Shown here: one piece after another, positions 23,455 through 35,340 of the stretch
Layout: every line of letters begins with the position of its first letter
Position numbering within the stretch: position 1 is the stretch's first letter
Source of the DNA: Chiloscyllium plagiosum
Taxonomy: Eukaryota
Reading direction: 5' to 3'
DNA: 37,192 nt
NCBI RefSeq assembly: GCF_004010195.1
Contig: NC_057750.1
Span: forward strand, 12,679,399-12,716,590
The notes under the pieces: generated by a model
What the model saw: the letters and a program-made list of their open reading frames with translations, nothing else
Told to the model about the DNA's origin: nothing
Databases searched by the model: none
Made by a program: the position numbers and the translations under genes

Positions 23455-24029
23455 AGAGTCATAGAGATGTACAGCATGGAAACAGACCTTCGGTCCAACC
23501 CACCCATGCCGATCACACATCCCAACCCAATCTAGTCCCACCTGCCAGCACCCAGCCCATATCCCTCCAAACCTTTCCTATTCATAAACCCATCCAAATG
23601 CCTCTTAAATGTTGCAATTGTACCATCCTCTGGCAGCTCATTCCATACACATACCACCCTCTGCCTGAAAAGATTGCCCCGTAGGTCTCTTTTATATCTT
23701 TCCCCTCTCACCCTAAACCTATGCCATTTAGTTCTGGACTCCCTTTACCTCAGATCCTCCAACCCTGGCAACATCCTTGTAAATCTTTTCTGAACCTTTT
23801 CAAGTTTCACAACATCTTTCCAATAGGAAGGAGACCAGAATTGCACACAATATTCCAACAGTGGCCTGACCAATATCCTGTACAGCTGCAACATGACCTC
23901 CCAACTCCTGTACTCAATACTCTGACCAATAAAGGAAAGCATACCAAACGCCTTCTTCACTATCCTATCTACCTGCGACTCCACTTTCAAGGAGCTATGA
24001 ACCTGCACTCCAAGGTCTCTGTGTTCAGC
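23455..24029 (-). mobile_element. CR1 3' fragment with an internal deletion
   Basis: RDLGVQVHSSLKVESQVDR..LYRILVRPLLEYCVQFWSP..LEKVQKRFTRML plus the 3' UTR. Confidence 0.9.
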
Positions 24030-24382
24030 TATGATGACCATGAAACTGTTGCTGATTGTCAGAAATGTCTACATGGTTCACTGATGTCCTTTAGGGAAGG
24101 AAATCTGCATCTTCTTCCAGTCTGGCCTACGTGCGACACCAGACCCACAGTAATGTGGTTGACTCTTCACTGCTCTCCGGGAAGATTAGGGATGGGCAAT
24201 AAGTACTGGCCTGGTCAGTGACATCCATGTGCCAAGAAAGAATAATAAGAGGCAAAAAGCCCTGGAAGGATAACTGATGGTGACCTCATTTATAAAGCTG
24301 ACCTCTTGTTGATGCTGAGTTAGGGAAAAGTACAAATGTGAAACAAAAGTAGTTCACAACAATTTAAATTGCATTGTTGAAT

Positions 24383-24524
24383 ACAAGGAGAAGGAGAATC
24401 GACGTTTCAGGCGTAAGCCCTACATCGATTCTCCTTCTCCTTTGATGCTGCCTGACCTGCTGTGCTTTTCCAGCAACACATTTTTAAGCTCTGATCCCCA
24501 GCATCTGCAGTCCTCACTTTCTCC
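24383..24524. mobile_element. Short fold-back PLE-terminus insertion with a 9-bp TSD
   Basis: AAGGAGAAGGAGAATCGA / TCGATTCTCCTTCTCCTT inverted arms. TTGTTGAAT at 24374-24382 and 24525-24533. Confidence 0.85.
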
Positions 24525-25525
24525 TTGTTGAATTAAACCCAATCAGACTTCACTATTGGTCCATCTGGAGAGCTCAGCAGTTCATTGCTTACTGCTGGGT
24601 AGACTAGCGAAACTTGGGATGTTTTTTTTCCAGCTGCTGGAGTCAATTGAATAATTCCGGCTGAACAATTTGCAACCCACCTTTCTCTAATTCCCATTGA
24701 ACAAAATGTGCTCTAAGTAAAGGTTACCAGTTGAAATGCAAACAATTTCCAGTCGTCAACAACTGGATTATGCTGGGTGTGCATTTAAGGGTGGGGTAAT
24801 AGGGGACTGGTCCGACAGTATGCCTGTGATCCTGGGACCCTGCTATGTGATTCTCATGCAGCTATCAGCACCTCCCTGTTGCGCTGCTGAGTCAAGGAGC
24901 TGGCAGGATCTGACTGGCTGCAGCCCTCAGGAGACAAGCCTTACAGCCCCAGGGTCCTGACTCCATGAGAAGGCTTGCAGGTAGCCTCAAGGCTCAGCTG
25001 GTCTTCTTGAAAAGGGGGCAGCACGGATCACACGCTGGAAGGTGAGGCTCCCCAGTGAGATTCCACTCAGAGAATTAAAGTGGCCGACGTTCTGGAAATG
25101 TGCAGCAGGACGGCTCCTAACAACACACACTGTCCCTGAGCTACTGCTTGCCCTGCAGAGGGATTTTGTTTTCACTTTTCTGTACCTGCACCCTTTTAAC
25201 AACAGACACACATCAGTCTGAGGAACAGGGAGGTCCCAGCCAACGTTGCACAGTAAATTCTGCTCTGATTTCTCTTCTTTGCCATGGGGAAGCGATTGAA
25301 AGTCACCCTCTGTGGCTGACAGCCACATGCTGAAGGCTGGGAGAAAATGAGCCAAGCCTCTCTTACAGAACATTTCTCCACACTGTTCAATCTCATTTGT
25401 CACTACAAATGATCTGTGATGATCCACAGGACGTCACTTTAACATCTTTTTACCTCATGTAGTCAACCTCAGGTTTGTTGAAGAAAAGGGTGAATCTGAT
25501 CACATGAGTTAATGACTTGATTCGA

Positions 25526-25539
25526 ACACCAGGTGGCAG
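25526..25539 (+). promoter_or_regulatory. Candidate CTCF core motif
   Basis: ACACCAGGTGGCAG, one mismatch to CCACCAGGTGGCAG; motif match only. Confidence 0.3.
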
Positions 25540-26094
25540 AAGTAGCTGTGATTCTGTTCGCCCTAACGTACTCACCAATGCTGACATTCAAGCCCTGTCT
25601 GCATTAACCTGCTGCCTTGTGCAGAGCCTGGGAAATTACTACAGTTTGCACGTAGTGGGGTACAGGGCCCACAGGCAGAACTTTCTGGAAAATGGGCCTC
25701 ATCTTTCCCTTTCGTTCCTTGAAATCACTGCCAACAATGACGGCCAGTCACAAATGGTAGCAAAGTTTGAAACTCACTGATCAAAAGGGTTGACAGTATG
25801 GCTATTGTCTTTCCTGAACTCCCCACGTTGTTTTTACAGTTTGGTTTTGAGATTAAACTGGTGGTATTTAGGATTAGCAGCTGGACTGTATGATACCTGA
25901 TGATGTCAGATCACATGGTAATTGAAAAAGGTTCTGGCTATGTCAGGCTCCAAATATCTCTTTATATTGTGGAAATAGTTAATAAATTTTCACTAGAACA
26001 GTGTCTAGTCCCCCTGAGTCCAGTTGTGATGTTTCTACAAATAAGTCCTCTCTTGTATTTCATTGACCTCATTATTCTTATGAAGTATAATTGA

Positions 26095-26393
26095 GATTAG
26101 ATTAGTGTAGAAACAGGCCCTTCAGCCCAACAAGCCCACACTGACCCTCCAAAGAGCCAACCCACCCAGACCCACTCCCCTACATTTACCCCTTCACCTA
26201 ACACTATGGGCAATTTAGCATGGCCAATTCACCTGCACATCTTTGGATTGTGGGAGGAAACCGGAGCACCCTGAGGAAACCCACGCAGACAATGTACAAA
26301 CTCCACACCGACAGTTGCCTGAGGCAGGAATTGAACCTGGGTCTCTGGTGCTGTTGAGGCAGCAGTGCTAACCACTGTGCCACCGTGCCGCCC
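26095..26393 (-). mobile_element. HE1-type V-SINE
   Basis: Reverse complement of 10351-10669. Confidence 0.9.
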
Positions 26394-27201
26394 ATAATGA
26401 GGCTATGGTCCAATGTAAGGAGTTTAGATACAAGATGAAATGTTAGCGATCTGGATTAACGAATCAAGAGTTGGGATTCACTGTCAGAAATTGTGGTTAC
26501 AGGGTAAATTATGGTGTGAATTACTCCAGAGTTGCTCCTTCCACAGTCTGTTTATGAGCCCAGTCCAGTTATATGTCAGAATTCAAGATTAAATTGCATA
26601 GACAATTGAAGATAAAGGAATTAGAAGGTATGGAATAAGATGGATAAATGTGATTAAGACTATTTCTTCACTGCAGAGTCAAATCCAGTACAGAGTGCTT
26701 GAGCTAAATGACCTGTTTCTGTGGTAGCCTCTATGTGTTTTATTCCTAACCTTGATATGCTGACTATGAGTCACAACTTTAGTTCGTTCACGTATAATTT
26801 ATGGGGTAACTGTACTGAGTTTCTAAATCTTCACATGACAGAGGACTGAATTTCTTGCACATTTAGTCAGAATATATTCTTTCTACTACTGGTGAGAAGT
26901 TCAGTTATTTGTTGAGCTGTATTTTTTTAAAGTTGATGCAAAAATTGCTTTTGTCCGGTTAGCACAAGTGGATTTATTAAATAGGGTATCATATTTATTA
27001 AACTGGTCAAAATTACCCAAAGATAAAACTATCATTCCTGACCCAATGTAAACCTCTTTGACAGTGGAATTTGAATGACTATGACCTTTTCTGCCCTCTG
27101 ACTGTGGAAGTGTTGGACTGTTGAAAATGTATACTCAAACTTTTATTGTTCAGTTCCGTGCATTTTAGGGTTTGTGGAACAAATACTCTGGGACAGACAA
27201 A

Positions 27202-27217
27202 CCTCCAGGGGGCAGTG
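27202..27217 (+). promoter_or_regulatory. Candidate CTCF core motif
   Basis: CCTCCAGGGGGCAGTG, one mismatch to CCACCAGGGGGCAG; motif match only. Confidence 0.4.
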
Positions 27218-27433
27218 GAGAGCTGTATTAACACCTCACAAACTGAACTTTCTTTGAGATGAGAGAAAACTGACCTTTTATAAAAATAGAAACTTTGTCA
27301 ATACATCATTGTAGAACAAGAGCTGGAACTTGTGCCTCTAAGGTGTTTTCCATAAATTCAGGATATCCCAAAGGCTTTGCAATTAAAGGAGGACTTTTGA
27401 AATTGAGTCAATTGAGTCAACCTGAACAACGCA

Positions 27434-27631
27434 CAATTGTTCTATTGTAACGCGACAGTTATATTCCTCTCTGACCTCGCGCTCTTGAAAATCACGCTGT
27501 AGAAGGTCGCTAAAAGAGAATCGCTATACCCATTCAGTAGAAAGTTTGCGATATCCAAACGACGTCCACAATTAGTCAATCATGTAAAGGCCAATTCACG
27601 CTGATTAAACATGCGATAGCAGAATGACCTG
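27434..27631. mobile_element. Possible Tc1/mariner (Tigger-like) MITE
   Basis: Imperfect terminal inverted repeats CAATTGTTCTATTGTAACGCG / CATGCGATAGCAGAATGACCTG; CpG-rich relative to the flanks. Confidence 0.45.
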
Positions 27632-30240
27632 GAGACAAAATGGTGGCCAATGAGGACACAATCCCACCATGCCAGCAGCAAAGCGACAAACAGCCATTTC
27701 ATCGAATTTGGGGATGTTGGATGAGGGACGGTTCACTATGCAGAGACAGGAAGAACGCTCCCTGACATCGCGAGATCTTTTCCTCCAGACGGTGAAGATA
27801 CCAGGGACCCAGGTGGCAAACTCAGACCAGAATGGCAGAATCTGCTGTTGTAGCTCCCTCTGCTGGGCCGGAAGGATGAAGACAGCCTTCCTGTGCACCA
27901 TCCCATTCACTAAGCCCTCCCTCTCTGTAAACATGGGCGCCACTTTCCCCTTCTCAGTCACGCCTGAGGGGGCCAATGTCTCTAAATGTGTGGGGCAGCT
28001 CCGACTGACAGCCTTTGAAATAAAGCTCTGACCCCGGGGATGTTGTTACATATCCTGGCAGTGGTGAGGACCTCTGACTATGGCGAATGGGTGGGTCATG
28101 CCAGTGTCAGATGGCTGAGGTGCCATATACACCATGTGCAGGCAAAAGCAGCACCCAGACTAACCGGCATAAATATGATCTCTCCAAACTGACCTGCCCC
28201 CAACCCCATCAGCTTGTCTTTCACCTCTGAGCAAGAAACCACTGATCCCACAGAGGATCCACTGGCAAGGCTGCCTCCTGTACCAGCCCAGACTCTCTCA
28301 CCTCAGTGCATTCTTTCTCTGGCTGAGATTTAGGAGCATAAAATGGGGAGCACAGCACTTCCATGTCTCTGCAGCTCGTCAAGGAAGGGAACATCCCAGG
28401 TCACCGCCAGTCCCCACTCACCCCCAGGAAGACTGGAGGACACTGTGGTGTTGCCCAGTCATAGCTTTGTGCAAATGCACAGCCGAGCACAGGAGCAGCT
28501 GACGGGTTTGTTGGAGGTACACAGTGAGCTGGATCAGATTTTCGAAGAGTCCACTCAATGTATCTGCCCCACGCTGACTCCTGCCTCTGTCGAGAGGTCT
28601 CCAAGGGCAGGCTGGCAGCTTGCCAAGGAGAGCCAGCTCCTTCCGAGTGCAGACCTGCACTCCATCATTCAGCATCAACTGCAAGGTGAGAGAGGAGTGA
28701 GAGACCGTAACCCCTATTCAGTTGCCCCTTGCTCTCAAAGAGACAGCCAGCTGGAGGTGGAACCACACACAGGCTCCTCCTTCTTGCAGACTCTTCTCAA
28801 GGCACTCCAGAGCTGTCAGGTCCCTTGACGGCCACTGAACCTGTGGTCTCCAACCCTGCAAACCAAGGAGGGTGAGACATTATCTGTGTAGAACACTGTC
28901 ACATTTCTGGCTTCTCTCACCACAAATGCCCCCAGAGCCATCGGCCTAAACCTCCCAGGCCAACAGGCTCCAACAAGAAGAGTCGGTCTCCTGTGAATAA
29001 CCCAACACCTTTACTCCCCCACACCCTCCATGCTGTCTCCGATCATACCTTTACAACTGGAGTTGCCACCTTTCCCTGGCACCTTCCCTCCTGGGTCCCA
29101 GCAGAATGCCTCCAGTCCCCACCTCGAGTTTCGCACCTTCCTTGACGCAGCACGGACTGCCCCCAGATCATACCCTGAGATGTTTCCTTACCAAATCCTT
29201 AGGAAGGACCGTGCCCCCTTCCCCGCACCCCAGGCCAACAGGTGAGGCCTGTCTCACTGAACACAGAACAGTCTTTGGGCTAATGCCTTAAGGTTCCTTG
29301 ATGGACTTACTCATGCCCCTGGACTTGTTGGAGCTGCCCTGCAGAAGTCCCAGATGATCCCGGTTGGAGCAAATACCAGACTGACTGTGGGTCGCCCCTT
29401 GAGCTGAGATTAGCTACACCCTTGGCTTAGTGTGGCCACACATCCTGACTAACCATAATTTCCTTTCACTTGGCCAAAGACTACTCCCTTTCAACACTGA
29501 GATAGGATGACTTCATTTGGTTGAACTACACACAGTCCATTGGCCACAGAGGCTGCAGGCACATGCTGTAGGTGAATATTGAAGTAACACAGTACAATGC
29601 AGGAAACTGTCCACACCTCTGGCACTGGCCATCACAATAAGCTGGCTGTCTTTCTGCCTGCCTTAACAAGTGAGGCACGACAGAGATGGTATGAGCCTGT
29701 AGATTCCTTATGATGATGCACCAAAAGGCATTCCTGATGAACGGCTTTTGCCTGAAACGTTGATTCTTCTGCTCCTCGGATGCTGCCTGACCTGCTGTGT
29801 TTTTCCAACATCACACGTTTGAGACCAAAAGGCAAGGTAAAGACCCTATCAGCGTCTAAGTAAGTGCAAAGTGGGTGAGCGCTAAGGAAGCCCCCGTGAA
29901 ATGGATCCATGCAGATTTGTGAGGTGAGTCTGTCGCTGCCCTTAGCAGGGGCATTGCAAAGTATAGTGTCAGCAAGCAAGTCAAATGCTGAGGTGTTGGC
30001 CTGCAGTTGGCCATGGTGAGGTGGTGAGGCCGCTGATTTCCACGGATGAAGGTGGATTGAGCGAGCGATGAGGTGCTGGTGACTGGAGATAATACGGAAT
30101 CCCAGAGAAGCAATTGGTACCAGGTAATCATTCAGACTTCCAAGTCAGGAATTGGCGCTGTCTAGTTTCTCACCGGTGCCTGGGAAAATCACAAACTGCA
30201 TAGCAATAGGGTGAGATTAGCTCATGCGCTGCAAGTACGT
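27632..30240. mobile_element. Possible decayed PIF/Harbinger DNA transposon relic (Myb/SANT-like accessory protein remnants)
   Basis: The - strand reads KGKVAPMFTERE.LVNGMVHRKAVF....WSEFATWV......R, similar to the NAIF1/MSANTD-type trihelix. GC-richer block. The 28343-28828 ORF has coiled-coil-like sequence. Boundaries are uncertain. Confidence 0.45.
29731..29823 (+). mobile_element. 93-bp HHR-bearing PLE-terminus insertion with a perfect 11-bp TSD
   Basis: ACCAAAAGGCA at 29720-29730 and 29824-29834. The insert begins ttc-CTGATGA-ac-ggc-tttt-gcc-t-GAAA-CG-TT-ga. Confidence 0.85.
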
Positions 30241-30270
30241 GGAAATAGAGCTCTCACTGTTTGCTAGTGA

Positions 30271-30559
30271 GGGCGGCATGATGGCTCAGTGGTTAGCACT
30301 GCTGCCTCACAGCACCAGGGACCCAGGTTCGATTCCTGCCTCAGGTGACTGTGTGGAGTTTGCACATTGTCTGCGTGGGTTTCCTCCCACAGTCCAAAGA
30401 TGTGCAGGTTAGGGTGGATTGGCCATGCTAACTTACCCGTAGAGTTAGGTGCATTAGTCAGAGGGGAATGGGTCTGGGTGGGTTACTCTTTGGAGGGTCA
30501 GTATCAACTTGTGAGGCTGAAGGGCCTGTTTCCATGCTGCAGGGGATCTAATCTAATCT
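30271..30559 (+). mobile_element. HE1-type V-SINE
   Basis: A and B boxes, V domain, (TCTAA)n tail. Confidence 0.9.
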
Positions 30560-32969
30560 TACAACCTAGTGAGATGCTCACCTCACCTTTTGCATGTGCA
30601 GGGGAAATTTGGACTTTATTTCTCCGTGTCAAGAGCCTGATTTTTTCAGTCTCGCCTTATTCTCACGAATTGACCACCACTCCAGAAACCTCCACCCTTG
30701 GAATGTGAGGAGGAGAGGATTTGAAACAGTGGAAAGTTTTCTCTCGGTAGAGAAACAAAGTTCATCCTTAACTCAAAGAGAGCTCAGGAAATGGTTTGCT
30801 CAGGCTTGCTTTGATTTATAAATTACGTTGTATTTTACCTCAGTGAAATCTTTGTTGTGTGCAAAAGGACAGAAATATTTTACTGGTCCCTTGGTGATAG
30901 TAAGACACTCAACTATGGTAAATGCGAAAACCTCTACAAACCGTGGGCCAAATGTCAAATGATTGATGTCGCATGATCTAGTGCCACATATTCAAATATT
31001 ACGTGAATGAATGCAACTCCAAGGTGCTCGGTCCAGTTTTTAATTAAGTTTCTAGAGGGCACGAGGCTATACCGGGATTATTGTTGATTGTTTTGGGGAT
31101 AGCATTATTGTCAAGTTTCGTTGCATCTGGCAATGCCTTAAAAACAACAAATACCCCTTTCTCCAACACCCTGTACAGCACGGCTCTTCCTTCCCTGAAA
31201 AATAAATGGCCCTGCAATTCCAGCGGGATTTGTTTCCTATTTCTTTCTGGTCTCAGCTGTTTTCCATATTTATTCCCTTTGAGCTTTCTTTCTCACTGAC
31301 ACCACCATCCATCATTCCCCAGAATTAACCTTTGACTAATCACACTCGGGATCAGACACACTTTACCAGCGAGGAATTATCATTCAAACTGTCACCTGAA
31401 ATCAAAGAGAGAGAGAGAGAATCTTGCTGGAGGCCTCGCTAGCCCATCATTTCATTGCTTCCATACTTTAGTCAAAGAGAAATTGAAAAAAAAAACAGCC
31501 TTGAGAGGGGTTGAGAAATGAGGTGTCAGATCATTGTATAATACTGCTACAAATGCTTACACTTTGTGCTAGACTCAATACACTTCCTTAAATCCTCATG
31601 AAACACATTAAGCGCATCTATTTCCAGATTGTTTGTTATATTTTAATGAACATCAGCATCAAAAATCCTCTTTCATTTCCCTGAACTGCAGATTAGTCTC
31701 TGCAGAGAGTGGTTGCAGGTGATCTTGTCCAAACAAAGGCTTTGGCTACTCTAGGTAGGAGAATTTCTCGATCCCTGAGAGCTATCGTAAGGCTACACAT
31801 CCCACCTGCACCGAGCAGGTAACACAGCTCAAAAGGAAATTGGACCGGCACTTGAGGGCCATGCACATGGAGGGCTCTGGGAGTAGACTGGGGGAGAGGT
31901 GCTGTCCTTTGGGATGATCTGGAGTTTTCTACCATGGACCAACATGGACTTGATAGGCCGAATGAACTCCTGTGCCATAATGACTCTGTCACTCCATCAC
32001 CCCGTGGTGGCATATTCCATTTCTAATTTGACTGATGTCCTTTTTCGTAAAAGCGTCCCACCATTTCGGACAGTGTCATTTTTACCAACATCAGAATCAT
32101 AACTTCTCGCAATCTTTCAGAACGAGACCCATCTAAGGTCACATTCTCCATCTGTCCCTGTATGAATCCTGTCCCAGATTCTCCCGCAATTGTCTCCAAT
32201 TTATCTGATAAGCTTCACATTCTCAACTGACAATGGAAGTTCACGGCTATATATTTTGCTTTCTAGTGATTAGATCCTGATGTTATTTGCCTGACCATCA
32301 GAAGCCAAGGGAATGACAGATTCATCTCAGGGGGGCTCTCTGACCATTGAAGGATCTGGGAACAGTCAGAAAATATTGATCAGAACTTGGATTAGGTTGA
32401 AATTTCCCACTAGATTTGAAGTGATTGTGTGCGCTTGTGTGTCAGTGTTCAGCCTGTCACCTCAGGCATGGCATTTCGAAAGGTTTACAACTTTTATTGA
32501 GTGACCACTTGGACCTGCCCTTTTCCTACTGACACGTAGAGACCGATTCTGGATGATGTACGTCCAAAACACAGTCGTACGTCGAATTTTAACACACCCA
32601 GTGTGTCCCATTGAATGTAATCCCCAATTAGCATCAGTTGGATGCTTGATCAGGTTTACCATTCATATTGCCCATTATTTCCCAATCTTTGCAGAAAGTA
32701 AGCTAGATGCGAGCAAATTGGTGATCCAAATCTATGTTTTCATTCCAGGAAGGCCAATGTGTATTGGGTATGTTAATTGCTGCGATTGTTAATTGTTTAA
32801 TGATGTTAATGTGAATTCACTATTCTACCATCTTCCACCCTAAAATCACCCACATTGCAATTTTCACAATTTCGCTGGGGGATAGCGAGGAAAAGGAGGA
32901 TGAGTCAAGCCTCATTAATCCTGTAAAATCACTGCAGTTAGTCACAAAGCACTGGCCCCCTCACCGAAG

Positions 32970-33112
32970 CAGCTCTGAAGGAAGGCCACCGGATTTGAAA
33001 CATTAACTCTGTTTTCTCTCCAGAGATGCTGGTAGACCTGCTGAGTTTCTCCAGCAATTTCTCTCTCTTTTATTGTTTCAAATCTCCAGCATCAGCAGGT
33101 TCTTGGCTTTAT
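32970..33112 (+). mobile_element. Short PLE-terminus element of another family with a degenerate HHR
   Basis: CTGAAGGA..GAAA-CATTAAC followed by GATGCTG..GACCTGCTG..TTT.CCAGCA..CCAGCATC.GCAG, the same tail logic as the other short copies. Confidence 0.6.
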
Positions 33113-33467
33113 TTCAGCGATGACTCCTGGGTCAAACAAATGTGAACCAGACTGGGTAAGGGTCATTAAATATTAAACTATCTTATTCTGCAGTAATATT
33201 CTCAATCAGTCCTCTGAAATGAATATAACTTGCTTAAAGTGAAATACATGGTGAAAATTATTAAATAAATAATGTGTAAGTGTGCGACTTCACAAAATTA
33301 TAATGCCGGCTTCACAAAATTATAATACCGGCACACACTGACAGTAGATCATCCCCCCAGTTCCTTCGAAGGATTAACAAAAAATTGTAACAATGCTCAA
33401 ATGGCTCATCCCAGCCCCCTTGACGTGACTTCAGTGTTTCTTTCTCTCCCCATTATTCCCAATCTTA

Positions 33468-34751
33468 TATGTATGTGCATGTGTGTGTATGTGCGTGTGT
33501 ATGTATGCGCATCTATGTCTGTGTGTGTGTGTGTGTGCATATGTGTGTGTGTGCGTGTATGTGTGTTTGTGTATATATCCGTGTGTGTCTGTGTGTGTGG
33601 GTGTTTGTGTATATGTCCGTGTGTGTCTGTATGTGTGGGTGCATGTGTGTTTGTGTCTATGTCCGTGTGTGTCTGTGTCTGTGTGTGTGTATGTGTGTGT
33701 GGGTGTCTGTGTNNNNNNNNNNNNNNNNNNNNNNNNNNNNNNNNNNNNNNNNNNNNNNNNNNNNNNNNNNNNNNNNNNNNNNNNNNNNNNNNNNNNNNNN
33801 NNNNNNNNNNNNNNNNNNNNNNNNNNNNNNNNNNNNNNNNNNNNNNNNNNNNNNNNNNNNNNNNNNNNNNNNNNNNNNNNNNNNNNNNNNNNNNNNNNNN
33901 NNNNNNNNNNNNNNNNNNNNNNNNNNNNNNNNNNNNNNNNNNNNNNNNNNNNNNNNNNNNNNNNNNNNNNNNNNNNNNNNNNNNNNNNNNNNNNNNNNNN
34001 NNNNNNNNNNNNNNNNNNNNNNNNNNNNNNNNNNNNNNNNNNNNNNNNNNNNNNNNNNNNNNNNNNNNNNNNNNNNNNNNNNNNNNNNNNNNNNNNNNNN
34101 NNNNNNNNNNNNNNNNNNNNNNNNNNNNNNNNNNNNNNNNNNNNNNNNNNNNNNNNNNNNNNNNNNNNNNNNNNNNNNNNNNNNNNNNNNNNNNNNNNNN
34201 NNNNNNNNNNNNNNNNNNNNNNNNNNNNNNNNNNNNNNNNNNNNNNNNNNNNNNNNNNNNNNNNNNNNNNNNNNNNNNNNNNNNNNNNNNNNNNNNNNNN
34301 NNNNNNNNNNNNNNNNNNNNNNNNNNNNNNNNNNNNNNNNNNNNNNNNNNNNNNNNNNNNNNNNNNNNNNNNNNNNNNNNNNNNNNNNNNNNNNNNNNNN
34401 NNNNNNNNNNNNNNNNNNNNNNNNNNNNNNNNNNNNNNNNNNNNNNNNNNNNNNNNNNNNNNNNNNNNNNNNNNNNNNNNNNNNNNNNNNNNNNNNNNNN
34501 NNNNNNNNNNNNNNNNNNNNNNNNNNNNNNNNNNNNNNNNNNNNNNNNNNNNNNNNNNNNNNNNNNNNNNNNNNNNNNNNNNNNNNNNNNNNNNNNNNNN
34601 NNTGCATGTGTACGTTTGTGTATGTATGTGCATGTGTGACGTAGGTATGTACGTGTGTGTATCTGTGTGTGTATCTGTGCATGTGTGTTTGTGTCTGTGT
34701 CTGTGTGTATGTGTGTGTCGGTGTGTGTCTGTATGTGTGTGTGTGTGTGTG
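33468..34751. repeat. Degenerate (TG)n microsatellite spanning an 890-bp gap
   Basis: Directly visible in the sequence. Confidence 0.95.
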
Positions 34752-35340
34752 TTAAGATATTCTTGACCCTCCCTGTTCCCCCTTCAGTACCTGCAAGCAC
34801 AAGACAATTCAAGACTGGGAAAGATTGTCATCGGGGTTATATGCCCCTCCTTTCTCTTATATTTTTACAGGGGGTGCTGTTGCTGATTGATCCTTGTACA
34901 TTACTTTGACGAGGAAAAGTGTTGGCTAACTCGTTGCCTCTGGCTCTCCTGCATCCCCATGATCATCCCCTGGTGTGTTCAGCTGGATTACTGACCTACA
35001 CCCTGCATTGGATGTTCAAGTCCACCACACAGCACAGCAGCATGCACAGAAATATGGAGACCATTTTACCACCTTTAATAATTCTTGACAGCTTTAAGTG
35101 ATGCCCAGTTAGCTCCTCAATAATCGAACGCTCGAACATGTTTAGCCCACACAATTTATTGTGGTCGAGATTCCTTTTTCCTTTCCTGGGCTGATCGAGT
35201 TAGGGCACATGTTCCTTGTGGTTTTCCACCTTTTAATGGGAGCAGTATCTGGTGGAGTTAGTGATACATGGGAATGAATGTACTGGTCCGACTATAGCTC
35301 CATTTTGGAGTGTCCACAACAAGTTGGACCAGTGTGCGTC

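Larger units (their letters stand above)
22432..24247 (+). mobile_element. tRNA-derived SINE (second family) carrying three nested insertions
   Basis: Pieces 22432-22480, 22639-22719, 23446-23454 and 24030-24247 join into one SINE with core GTCCTTTAGGGAAGGAAATCTGC and tail GGGATGGGCAATAA. Confidence 0.8.

Noticed and set aside
24736..25780. Short ORFs (61-146 aa) as host exons
   Set aside because: No recognisable domain and no convincing splice-bounded frame; cannot be supported.
33401..34812. Long 340-470 aa ORFs (CVCV.. / THTH..)
   Set aside because: Artefacts of the TG microsatellite plus the N gap.
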